IMG/VR virus record: IMGVR_UViG_3300045921_000730
Location: 180,294-244,293 of that record
Direction: 5' to 3' (one strand)
Length of the DNA stretch: 64,000 nucleotides
The position numbers were made by a program, and so were the translations under genes. The notes under the pieces were generated by a model. That model had not been told where the DNA came from and ran no database searches. It was given only the letters and a program-made list of their open reading frames with translations. This document shows positions 1 through 9,970 of this stretch, in pieces; position 1 is the stretch's first letter, and each line of letters starts with the position of its first letter.

Positions 1-1
1 A

Positions 2-2122
2 GGTCCATCTCAGGGTATAGGCATATCTGGTTCTCCTATTGTAACATCAGGAACAATTACACTCTCACTAACAAACGACCTCAATGCTCTTGAAGGATTA
101 ACGAGTGTTGGTTATGCGGTTCGTACAGGTGTAGATACTTGGACTACTCGTTCTATTACTGGTGCAGCAGGAGAAATCACAGTAACAAACGATAATGCTG
201 TTATAGCAGATACTGTTTTGTCATTATCAAATGTTGGTACACCTGTAACAAACAGTTTTGTAAAAATTACAACTGATGCAAAAGGAAGAGTAACGGCAAC
301 AACACCGGTATCATCAGGCGACATCACACCACTTGTAAGTGGTAATTTCTTACCGTTGTCCGGTGGTACAATGACAGGAAGTTTAATTCTCGACGGTGAT
401 CCAATACTTGCCTTTGAAGCAGCAACAAAACAATATGTTGATGCACTTGCATCTGGATTGCATCCAAAACAAGCTGTCCGTGTTGCAACGACAGGTAGCA
501 ACATTACATTATCGGGTCTTTTGACGATCGATGGTGTAACATTAAGTCCTTTAGATCGTGTTCTTGTAAAAGACCAAACAAACCCAGTTAACAACGGAAT
601 TTATGTTGCTTCTGCTGGTGCTTGGACAAGAGCTTCTGACTTCGACGGTACACCTTTTGGTGAAGTGGAAAGCGGAGACTTTGTTTATGTAATCGACGGT
701 ACAATTAATGGTACAACTTCATGGATTGTAATAACACCAAACCCAATCAACGTTGGAACAACACCGATTAATTGGTCACCATTTGGTGTTGGCGGCGGTG
801 CCGTTTCATCAGTATTTGGAAGAATTGGTGCAGTTGTTGCACAAGATGGCGACTACACATTAACACAACTTGCAGATGTAACTATTACAGCGCCTTCGCT
901 TGGACAAGTATTAAAATACAATGGCACAACATGGATAAATGATACTGATGCCACAGGTGGTTTAACAGACCCAGGTTCCAACGGAATTGTTGTTAGAACA
1001 GCTTTAAATACAACAACAGCAAGAACAATCCAAGGTACACCTTCAGAAATCAATGTAACAAACGGAAATGGTATTTTAGGTAATCCTGTACTACAACTAG
1101 CAAACGTAGGAACGCCTGGAACATATACGTCTGTTACAGTAGATTCTAAAGGCAGAGTAACAAGCGGCACAACAACACAATCATGGAGTACTATTACATC
1201 AACGCCAACAACACTTTCCGGCTATGGTATTACAGATGCTGTAAGAAATGCTCTTGGTACTCCAAGCATTACACAAGACATATTTGCTAACCGTCCAACC
1301 GCTGGTACATCTGGTAGGTTGTTTGTTGATACAACAAACAACATTATTCAACGTGATGATGGTTCTAACTGGGTAACTCTTGGTGGTGTAGGCGGTGGCA
1401 CTGTAACATCTGTTGGTATCTCAAGTACAGGTGGCTCAATTACAGTATCGGGCTCACCAATCACAACTTCTGGCACGATTGATCTGGTCGTAAATCCTGC
1501 TAACGTAAACCACAATGCACTTCAAAATTATGTTACAAACGAACACATCAATCACGCATTGGTTTTCATTAATGCAGGAGCGGGCTTAACAGGTGGTGGT
1601 GATTTAACAACAACAAGAACATTGTCATTGACAAACACTGGCGTAACACCAGGTTCTTATGGTAATGGATCTAACGTAGCATCGATTACTGTTGATGCAC
1701 AAGGTCGTATCACATCTGTAACCAATGTTCCTATAACTGGTGGCGGTGGTGGTTTACAACGTTATAGTGTTGGCGGTGGCTCGTACGTATTGGCTTCGGG
1801 TCCAGGTGTAACAATATCTATAACACCAGGAAATGCCGTGATCAATGGTGTTCCGGGAGTTGAAATTGTCAGTGCCTCAATTTATGTTAGCTCTGCTAAT
1901 GCTTCAGGTACTGCTTTCCTTATTGACATTGGTCAAAACGAAGGTACAGGTGACAACACAAGCTATGCAACAGCATCAGTACCGAATGTTCAAGCGTGGA
2001 ACGATACTTCAGGCAGAGGTTTACGCACAACGTTAACAGCAAATATAAATTCTGGTCCAAATCTTGTACAGCTTACTGGCTTAACAGCTGGACAGCCTTT
2101 CTGGGTTAAACTTGCATTCTAA
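2..2122 (+). CDS. Tail fibre protein, 5'-truncated by the window edge
   Basis: The frame of the 218..2122 ORF stays open back to base 2. It contains AATKQYVD and TGVTPGSY...VDAQGRIT modules shared with the other fibre genes here. Confidence 0.8.
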   Translation, partial: GPSQGIGISGSPIVTSGTITLSLTNDLNALEGLTSVGYAVRTGVDTWTTRSITGAAGEITVTNDNAVIADTVLSLSNVGTPVTNSFVKITTDAKGRVTATTPVSSGDITPLVSGNFLPLSGGTMTGSLILDGDPILAFEAATKQYVDALASGLHPKQAVRVATTGSNITLSGLLTIDGVTLSPLDRVLVKDQTNPVNNGIYVASAGAWTRASDFDGTPFGEVESGDFVYVIDGTINGTTSWIVITPNPINVGTTPINWSPFGVGGGAVSSVFGRIGAVVAQDGDYTLTQLADVTITAPSLGQVLKYNGTTWINDTDATGGLTDPGSNGIVVRTALNTTTARTIQGTPSEINVTNGNGILGNPVLQLANVGTPGTYTSVTVDSKGRVTSGTTTQSWSTITSTPTTLSGYGITDAVRNALGTPSITQDIFANRPTAGTSGRLFVDTTNNIIQRDDGSNWVTLGGVGGGTVTSVGISSTGGSITVSGSPITTSGTIDLVVNPANVNHNALQNYVTNEHINHALVFINAGAGLTGGGDLTTTRTLSLTNTGVTPGSYGNGSNVASITVDAQGRITSVTNVPITGGGGGLQRYSVGGGSYVLASGPGVTISITPGNAVINGVPGVEIVSASIYVSSANASGTAFLIDIGQNEGTGDNTSYATASVPNVQAWNDTSGRGLRTTLTANINSGPNLVQLTGLTAGQPFWVKLAF

Positions 2123-2136
2123 GGGAAAAGTAAATA

Positions 2137-2673
2137 ATGAATTTATTAAATGCTAACTTGCAAATTACAAATGTTTCACCCACCCTTCAACCAGATGAAT
2201 GGGAAATAGAGAGTGATTTTTTGGATTATACTGGTTCTTTTTCTGCTCTTGATGTACAGATTGGAGATAGAATTTTTAATGATGGTACTCTTCTCGGAAA
2301 TGGAATTTATATCTATCGAATAGAGCAAATTTTACCTGGAACTAACTTTAATACGTTAGTGTGTAGAGTAAAGTGGGACAGACAACAACAACCACCACTA
2401 CCTAATGGACCATTTGAGCCTCTGGCATTTTTTGAATCGGCTGTCTGCAGTGTTATATATGATACAGCTACAATCACGTCATTTTCAGCACAAAATTTAT
2501 CAGAACCGTTTGTTAATGCTGTTCGCAACCAAGAAACGATTCGTATAAGTAGAAAAACGCAACCAGCAACAGAAACATCGCCTGGTATTGTACGATTAGA
2601 TACGCCAGCCACAAATCCAAACGATCCAATAGTTTTAACTCCTAACTCTGTAATTCAGGGGGGAAATTTTTAA
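2137..2673 (+). CDS. Hypothetical virion-associated protein
   Basis: 178-aa ORF between fibre genes; ends in GGNF like the next gene. Confidence 0.6.
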   Translation: MNLLNANLQITNVSPTLQPDEWEIESDFLDYTGSFSALDVQIGDRIFNDGTLLGNGIYIYRIEQILPGTNFNTLVCRVKWDRQQQPPLPNGPFEPLAFFESAVCSVIYDTATITSFSAQNLSEPFVNAVRNQETIRISRKTQPATETSPGIVRLDTPATNPNDPIVLTPNSVIQGGNF

Positions 2674-2767
2674 AAACTTTAATTTTACCATATTTAATAA
2701 TAAATATATTCACTAAAGCTTCCAGCTTTAAACACAATAACCATTAACTTTCAAGGAGATCATAATA

Positions 2768-5700
2768 ATGGCTAATAAAATTTTACTTAAGCGTTCTGCT
2801 ACGCCAAATGCAGTTCCGACAGCAGCGCAGTTAGAATATGGTGAATTAGCAATTAACTATAACGTTGCTGATCGCAAAATATTCTTCAAAGACTCTGCTA
2901 ATAATATCGTAACATTGGCAACAGCTGATGATACACTTATCAGACTCGATAACCTTCTTGCTGCAACATCTACAAATACAATTAACAACGGCAACTATGC
3001 GCAAGTATGGAATTGGGCATTAACAGGCTCTAACGTAACAGCATTCACAATCGGTGAAAACACAGCTGCTACAAACCCAAGTACGTTATTTGCTGTTAAG
3101 ACACTTACAGGCTCTGATGCAGACCCATTCGTTGTGTCCATTGGTTCAAATCAACTAATTCGTGTCAAAGCTTCGGGTGAAATTGATATTGTGGGTCGAC
3201 CAAGCTCAGGTGCAGCTGGTGATATTATTATTGCCGCTGGTGATTCGACTGGTGGCGCTGGTGGTGATCTAAGCCTTCAAGGTGGTGATGGTGTAACAGG
3301 CGGTGTTGTTGAAATCATTGGTGGTCAAGGTTCAAACACAGCCGGTAACGTCAACATCGTTGCTGGTGCAAACACAGGTTCCAATGCCGGTGGTACATTA
3401 ACATTAGCATCAGGCACATCAACATCTGGTAACGGTGGTGCAATCAGCGTTACAACAGCAGGTGGTGTTGCTGGTGGTGCAATGACATTTACAACAGGTA
3501 ATGGTAGCACAGGTAACGGCGGTAACGTTACGTTTACAACTGGTAACTCAACATCTGGCAACGCTGGTAACTTTACAATTAACTTAGGTTCTGGTGGTGG
3601 TTCACAAGGTATATTCAATGTTGTACAGAACAACAACTCACGTTTAACTGTTGATGCTGATGGTCAAGTTGGTGTTAACATAGCAAACCCAACAGAAGCA
3701 TTGCACGTATCAGGCAACATTCGCTTAACAGGCTCTGTAAAGTTCGCTGATGGTGATCAAACAGGTTCCACACTTGGCGGCTTGAGCAACGTTGCAGCAG
3801 CTGTTGATACTGCTCCTAACCTCTCAGTACTACAGAGAGTATCTGGTCAGTGGGTTGCAACTACCAAAACAACATTGTTAGAACTTGATGATCTTACTGA
3901 TATTAACATCGGTACACCAACAACTGGTCAGGTTCTTTATTATTCAGGTACAGACTGGATCAACCAGACGCTTGTTATTGCTAACATTTCTGGTTTACAA
4001 ACAGCTCTTAATGGTAAGTTGAGCTTGTCTGGCGGTACAATGACAGGTCCATTGATCCTTTCTGGTGCTCCTTCAGATCCAAATGAGGCAACTACAAAAA
4101 CATATGTTGACAATGCTGTTGCAACAACTCAAACAAACCTAACAAACCACATTAACGATCAGGCACTACACCTAACAGCTAGCCAGAACACGTTCTTGGA
4201 TAACTTCGACTATGTTGACGTCAACAGCGCCTCTACTGGTGATGTTATTCAGTGGAATGGTACACAGTGGGTTGCAAGTCCTCCTGTAACAAACTTGGAT
4301 GGTTTGTCCGATGTTATTATTACAACACCTACAGCATCTCAAGTTCTACGTTATAATGGCTCTAACTGGGTTAATGCAGCTCTAGTTGCAGCAGACATTT
4401 CTAACTTCAACACAGCAGTAACAACACAAGTCAACTCATTGCTCGGTTCAGTAGTACAAGCTTATGATGCTGATTTGGCTGCATTGGCTGCTATTGCAAC
4501 AACAGGTATCTATGTAATTACAGGTTCAGGTACATCTGTAACACGTGATATTCTAGGTACAGCAGGCCGTGTTGTTGTAACAAACGGCTCGGGTGTTAGC
4601 GGTAATCCAACTATTGATCTAGCTGGTGTAACAAACAGTAACACAGGTACCTTCCAAAAGGTTGATGTTGATGCTTATGGTCGTGTAACTGGTCATATTC
4701 CAGTTGTTCAGGCAGACATTACAACTCTTGTTGATAGCGTATATGTAAACGCTAGCGGCGATACAATGTCTGGTATTCTTAATATGGGCAGCAACAGAAT
4801 TACCGGTGTTGCCAATGCAACTACCGGTACTGATGCCGTTTCGCGTGATTATGGTGATACACGTTATCTACAATTAAGTGGCGGCACAATGACTGGCTTC
4901 TTGACGTTGAATGCAGATCCAACAGCAGCGTTGCATGCAGCCACAAAAGCATATGTCGATGCTGTTGCACAAGGCTTAAAGGTTAAGGCAGCAGTTCGTG
5001 CAGCAACAACTGGTAACATCACATTATCTGGTCTACAAACAGTTGATGGTGTTTCGTTGGTAGCTGGTGATCGCGTCTTGGTTCGTGCTCAAACAGACCA
5101 AACCGAAAACGGCATTTACGTTGTAAGTGCAGGTACATGGACACGCTCGACAGATGCTGATACAGGTGCAAAACTAGTTTCTGCATTCGTGTTTGTTGAA
5201 TCTGGTACAATATACGCTGATGTTGGTTTTGTACAAACAACTGACTCGCCAATCACACTTGGCACAAGCCCAATCGTTTGGACACAATTCTCTGGCGCTG
5301 GTACATACGTTGCTGGTGCAGGTTTGACATTAACAGGCAACATATTTGATGTTGGTACGGCATCTCCTTCACGCATCGTTGTAAATGCTAATGACATTGA
5401 CTTGGCAACAACAGGCGTAACACCAGGTTCATACAACTATATTACAGTTGATGCATATGGTCGTGCAACAACGGCTGTAAATCGCACATTAACTGCTGGT
5501 TCATCAAAGGTCACCATTACAAACGGTAACTTCTCTGGTGATCCAACAATCGATGTAGTTGAATCTAATATTCTCATTAACAACCTTGGTGGCGGCCCAC
5601 TATCGATTGCTAATGGTGGTACAGGTCAAACTACTGCTTCTGCAGCTGCTCAAACATTCTTGGGTACAGTTCTAACCGCAAAGGGCGATCTGTTAACACG

Positions 5701-5818
5701 CACTAACACAAACAGCGTTGCACTACCGGTCGGTCCAAACGGTTATATCCTTAAAGCCAACTCAGCAACCACTACTGGTCTTGAGTGGAGCGATACTATC
5801 GACGGCGGTAATTTCTAA
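2768..5818 (+). CDS. Long tail fibre protein with Mtd-N-like N-terminal domain
   Basis: N-terminus ILLKRS...PT..QLEYGELAIN is typical of fibre attachment domains. Gly/Thr-rich body with AATKAYVD repeats; GGAG RBS and ATAAATA motif upstream. Confidence 0.8.
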   Translation: MANKILLKRSATPNAVPTAAQLEYGELAINYNVADRKIFFKDSANNIVTLATADDTLIRLDNLLAATSTNTINNGNYAQVWNWALTGSNVTAFTIGENTAATNPSTLFAVKTLTGSDADPFVVSIGSNQLIRVKASGEIDIVGRPSSGAAGDIIIAAGDSTGGAGGDLSLQGGDGVTGGVVEIIGGQGSNTAGNVNIVAGANTGSNAGGTLTLASGTSTSGNGGAISVTTAGGVAGGAMTFTTGNGSTGNGGNVTFTTGNSTSGNAGNFTINLGSGGGSQGIFNVVQNNNSRLTVDADGQVGVNIANPTEALHVSGNIRLTGSVKFADGDQTGSTLGGLSNVAAAVDTAPNLSVLQRVSGQWVATTKTTLLELDDLTDINIGTPTTGQVLYYSGTDWINQTLVIANISGLQTALNGKLSLSGGTMTGPLILSGAPSDPNEATTKTYVDNAVATTQTNLTNHINDQALHLTASQNTFLDNFDYVDVNSASTGDVIQWNGTQWVASPPVTNLDGLSDVIITTPTASQVLRYNGSNWVNAALVAADISNFNTAVTTQVNSLLGSVVQAYDADLAALAAIATTGIYVITGSGTSVTRDILGTAGRVVVTNGSGVSGNPTIDLAGVTNSNTGTFQKVDVDAYGRVTGHIPVVQADITTLVDSVYVNASGDTMSGILNMGSNRITGVANATTGTDAVSRDYGDTRYLQLSGGTMTGFLTLNADPTAALHAATKAYVDAVAQGLKVKAAVRAATTGNITLSGLQTVDGVSLVAGDRVLVRAQTDQTENGIYVVSAGTWTRSTDADTGAKLVSAFVFVESGTIYADVGFVQTTDSPITLGTSPIVWTQFSGAGTYVAGAGLTLTGNIFDVGTASPSRIVVNANDIDLATTGVTPGSYNYITVDAYGRATTAVNRTLTAGSSKVTITNGNFSGDPTIDVVESNILINNLGGGPLSIANGGTGQTTASAAAQTFLGTVLTAKGDLLTRTNTNSVALPVGPNGYILKANSATTTGLEWSDTIDGGNF

Positions 5819-5839
5819 TTTTGAATTAGAAAGGTTAGA

Positions 5840-5865
5840 AGGGGAGCTTCTAGCTCCCCTTTTTT
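5840..5865 (+). terminator. Rho-independent terminator
   Basis: AGGGGAGC-TTCTA-GCTCCCCT followed by a T run. Confidence 0.85.
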
Positions 5866-5931
5866 ATTGAACATTTTCGTGAAGCAGACAAAAAACGATA
5901 AATATTACACACAACTTTAAGGAGTTCAAAC

Positions 5932-8900
5932 ATGGCATATATTCCATTAAGCCGTAGAATTGTTGTACGTACAAGTGATAGTTTTGGTCAAATACCTACA
6001 ACATCTGACTTAGATTTTGGCGAAATTGGTATTAATACTGATGACGGCAAAATGTACATTAAACGTGATACTGGTGTTGTCGAAATTGTTACACCCTATG
6101 TTAATGTACCACAATCTTTAGGTTATACACCAGTAAATCGTGCTGGTGATACATTAACAGGATTTTTAAATTTACATGCAGATCCACAACTATCAACACA
6201 TGCTGCAACAAAACAATATGTCGATAGCGTTGCTCAAGGTCTACACCCAAAACAATCGGTACGAGCAGCAACAACAGCCAACTTAAGTTCACTATCTGGA
6301 CTTTTAACAATTGACACTGTTACATTAAATCCGGGCGACAGAATCCTCGTAAAAGATCAAACTACAGGCTCTCAAAATGGTATATATATTGCATCAGCAG
6401 GAGCATGGTCGCGTGCTACTGACTTCGATGGCACACCACCAAATGAAGTAGAAAGCGGAAATTTTGTTTTTGTTCAACAAGGTTCAGTAAATGGTGGTTC
6501 AAGCTGGGTCCTTATTACTCCAGACCCAATCACAATCGGCGTCACATCTTTGACATTCACACAATTTAGCGGTGGTCAAACATATGGAGCAGGCGCTGGT
6601 CTTTCATTGTCTGGAAATACATTTAGCATTGCATCGAATCCTGTAATTCCAGGTACGGGTGCCATAACTGTACCGATTGGAAATCAAGCACAGCGCCCAG
6701 GTTCACCAACAAATGGAATGATTCGTTTTAACACAGATTCGGGAAGATTTGAATTCTATGAAGCTGGCACGTGGATCAATTTTGCAACAGGTACAGGTTC
6801 ACCAGGTGGAAGCAACACAGCTGTTCAATATAATAACAATGGTGACTTTGGTGGTTCTTCTAACTTTACGTGGAATATTGGCAGCAATACATTAACAATT
6901 GGTACAAATGGTACAGTTTCGGTAAGAAATATTACAGGTCCTGCTGCTCTTTCATTAGACATTGCTGGTTCACCAGGTTTATCGAACAACGAAACAGGAT
7001 ATCCAGTAAATATTAAAGGTGGTCTTGGCGGTTCTGGTAATTCGAACACCGGAAACGTTAACATTTCAACACCAGCTCCAAACGGAACAGGCGTTGGAGG
7101 TTCTATTACCTTTGAAACAAGTGGTGTTGCTCGTGCAGCCATTACAAATACCGGCGCATTTACTTGGGGTGGTTCTGCAGGAACGAGCGGTCAAGTACTA
7201 AAAACAAATGGTAGTGGTTCTCCACCATCATGGTCTTCGTTGACAAGCGGTGACATATCCACGGCACTCGGTTACAATCCTGTAAACCGCGCTGGTGATA
7301 CGATGACAGGCTTCTTGACATTAAATGCAGATCCAACATCAGCACTTCACGCAGCAACAAAACAGTATGTCGACGAAGTTGCATCTGGCATTACTGTAAG
7401 ACCAGCCGTAAAAGCAGCAACAACAACTAATTTATCAGCAACATATAATAACGGCACACTTGGCGTCGGAGCAACTTTGAATCTTGGTCCACTTGTAACA
7501 TTGAACATCGATGGTGTGATAACTTGGTCACAAGATGATGGCATTCTTGTAAAGAATCAAACAAATGCTGCTCACAACGGTCGTTATTACATTTCGCAAG
7601 TTGGCAATGGTTCTACAGATTGGATTTTAACACGTTCTACCGTCTGTGATCAAGCAAGCGAAATTCCTGGCTCTTACGTTTTTGTTCAAGGAGGATCGCA
7701 AGTAGGCACAGGCTGGGTATTAACAGTTGCAGATCCTACAACGTTTGTTGTTGGTACAGATGCAATTACAGTGACACAGTTCTCTGCAACAAATAACCCA
7801 ACAAACATTGCGTTGAATGATATTACAGCAGCAACAACAAATAATACTATCTCAAATGGTTCAAACGAACAAGTATGGAATTGGCAACTTACAAGTGCAA
7901 GTGCAAAGGCGTTTACCTTTGGAGAATCAGCAGCATCAGTAAACGGTACAAGCAATAATCAAAATATTATTCGCATTAATACAGTAGCTGCTTCTACAGC
8001 AGCACCATTGTATGTCAATGTTAGAGGTGGGAGCGCACACTTTATAATTGAACCAACAGGTGCGTGGAATGTATTAACAAATAACTCTGATGTTACATAT
8101 AATATTGGTAATGGAACATTTCAAATTACAGGCTCTGGTGGTAGTGTCAACTTTAATAATAGTCTTGCAGAAGTTGTTGTCAATCCTAAACTTCGTACTA
8201 TCAGTAATATTGTTGCACAGGATGCAATTCAGTCACTCAACACAACATCATCTCTAACAATTGGTGGTGCCAACACTTCCAACACAGGTACTGGCGGCAA
8301 CACAACGATACAAGCAAACGCTGGTGTTGGAACAGGTAATGCTGGCGGCAACGTTATTATTCGTGGTGGTACAGCATCAGATGGCAATGGCGGTAACGTA
8401 TCAATACAAGGTCGTGACGGTGTTGGTACAAGTCGCAATGGTGGTAATGTAACAATTGCTGGTGGACAACCAACAAGCGGTGGTTCTCCTGGTACAATTA
8501 CATTTACTACAGACAATACAACACGCCTTGTAATCAATGCAAACGGTGCGTGGAATGTCGGGGGTAATACAGGTACAGCAGGACAAGTATTGACATCTAA
8601 TGGTTCAGGTTCTGCACCAACATGGCAATCGGCTCCAAACGGAACACCTGTAGGTCCTAACGGTTCGCTCCAGTACAACAACAGTGGTGCGTTTGGTGGT
8701 GCTTCGGGATTAACAACCGATGGTACAAACTTGACAATTTCAGGTAACCTTACAATTGCTGGTACAACACGTAAAATTATAGGCGACTTTACAAACGCAA
8801 CGCCAAGTAACAGAACTTTATTCCAAACATCAACACCAAACTCAGAAACGTCTGTCGGTGCACTTCCATCAGGCGTGGTCAACTCATCAAGTTTTGTTGC

Positions 8901-9711
8901 TTGGAACGAGTCAACATTATTAAACACAAGTTTCTTTGCACTGGCTGTTACAAGTTCCCAAGCACAGTTGGATTCTAGTAGAATTGGTAGTGGCTCATTC
9001 TTACCAATTGTAATGAGAACAAGCAATACAGAACGAGTACGCATTGATCCTGACGGTAACGTTGTTATTGGTGTAAATGCTTTAGCAACAAACGCAACAA
9101 ACGGATTCTTGTACATTCCAACCATGCCTGGCGTTCCAACGGGAACACCATCGTTTTATTCGGGAAAGAGCGCTTTAGTATTAGACACTACCAACGACAG
9201 ATTGTATGCATATGATCCTGTAAACAGCATATGGGTTAACACAAGTGCCGGCACACCTAGTGGGTCTAACCAACAAGTGCAGTTTAATAATAATGGTGCT
9301 TTTGGCGCAAGCGCTAATTTCACTTGGAATAACTCATCAAGCTTATTGACTGTTAATGGTACAATTGACATGGTTTCATACCGTGAAACATCAACAGCAC
9401 CAACAATTTCAAGCGGCACATTAACCATTGATATGTCAACAGGTACCGTATTTAACGTAACACTAAATGCTAATATTACAACCTTGAATATTACAAATTC
9501 GGCCCCAACAAACAAGGTGTCGTCGTTTACATTAATCTTTACATATGACGCAACACCAAGATCAGTTACGTGGCCTGCAAGCGTAAAGTGGCCAAGCAAT
9601 ACGGTACCAACTTTAACAAATGCAAATGGTGCCGTTGATATCTTTACATTCTTTACATTAAATAATGGTACCACTTGGTTTGGTGTAGTTTCAGGTCAAA
9701 ATTATATCTAA
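5932..9711 (+). CDS. Long tail fibre protein
   Basis: Same N-terminal domain (DLDFGEIGINTDDGKMYIK) and AATKQYVD modules; C-terminal WPASVKWP...VDIFTFFT domain shared with 15425 and 43582. Confidence 0.8.
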   Translation: MAYIPLSRRIVVRTSDSFGQIPTTSDLDFGEIGINTDDGKMYIKRDTGVVEIVTPYVNVPQSLGYTPVNRAGDTLTGFLNLHADPQLSTHAATKQYVDSVAQGLHPKQSVRAATTANLSSLSGLLTIDTVTLNPGDRILVKDQTTGSQNGIYIASAGAWSRATDFDGTPPNEVESGNFVFVQQGSVNGGSSWVLITPDPITIGVTSLTFTQFSGGQTYGAGAGLSLSGNTFSIASNPVIPGTGAITVPIGNQAQRPGSPTNGMIRFNTDSGRFEFYEAGTWINFATGTGSPGGSNTAVQYNNNGDFGGSSNFTWNIGSNTLTIGTNGTVSVRNITGPAALSLDIAGSPGLSNNETGYPVNIKGGLGGSGNSNTGNVNISTPAPNGTGVGGSITFETSGVARAAITNTGAFTWGGSAGTSGQVLKTNGSGSPPSWSSLTSGDISTALGYNPVNRAGDTMTGFLTLNADPTSALHAATKQYVDEVASGITVRPAVKAATTTNLSATYNNGTLGVGATLNLGPLVTLNIDGVITWSQDDGILVKNQTNAAHNGRYYISQVGNGSTDWILTRSTVCDQASEIPGSYVFVQGGSQVGTGWVLTVADPTTFVVGTDAITVTQFSATNNPTNIALNDITAATTNNTISNGSNEQVWNWQLTSASAKAFTFGESAASVNGTSNNQNIIRINTVAASTAAPLYVNVRGGSAHFIIEPTGAWNVLTNNSDVTYNIGNGTFQITGSGGSVNFNNSLAEVVVNPKLRTISNIVAQDAIQSLNTTSSLTIGGANTSNTGTGGNTTIQANAGVGTGNAGGNVIIRGGTASDGNGGNVSIQGRDGVGTSRNGGNVTIAGGQPTSGGSPGTITFTTDNTTRLVINANGAWNVGGNTGTAGQVLTSNGSGSAPTWQSAPNGTPVGPNGSLQYNNSGAFGGASGLTTDGTNLTISGNLTIAGTTRKIIGDFTNATPSNRTLFQTSTPNSETSVGALPSGVVNSSSFVAWNESTLLNTSFFALAVTSSQAQLDSSRIGSGSFLPIVMRTSNTERVRIDPDGNVVIGVNALATNATNGFLYIPTMPGVPTGTPSFYSGKSALVLDTTNDRLYAYDPVNSIWVNTSAGTPSGSNQQVQFNNNGAFGASANFTWNNSSSLLTVNGTIDMVSYRETSTAPTISSGTLTIDMSTGTVFNVTLNANITTLNITNSAPTNKVSSFTLIFTYDATPRSVTWPASVKWPSNTVPTLTNANGAVDIFTFFTLNNGTTWFGVVSGQNYI

Positions 9712-9712
9712 T

Positions 9713-9967
9713 ATGGCTAATTATGTGTATATTGAGAACGGAGACGTTAAGGAAGCATATGATATTTTACCGACGAATTGGAGAAATATAAGTTATCTTC
9801 CAGGTCTTTCAGAAGAAGAAATGTTGAATATCGGATGGTACAAAGTAAAACACAACATACCATCCGAATTCAATCCTCCTTATACACAAATACAGTCGGA
9901 AGGATATGAAATAACAGATAACTCTGTTATACAACATTATAAAATAGTTATAAACAACGGGGAATAA
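9713..9967 (+). CDS. Small fibre-associated protein (possible assembly chaperone)
   Basis: 84 aa, tightly coupled to the fibre gene; function inferred from position only. Confidence 0.5.
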   Translation: MANYVYIENGDVKEAYDILPTNWRNISYLPGLSEEEMLNIGWYKVKHNIPSEFNPPYTQIQSEGYEITDNSVIQHYKIVINNGE

Positions 9968-9970
9968 AAC

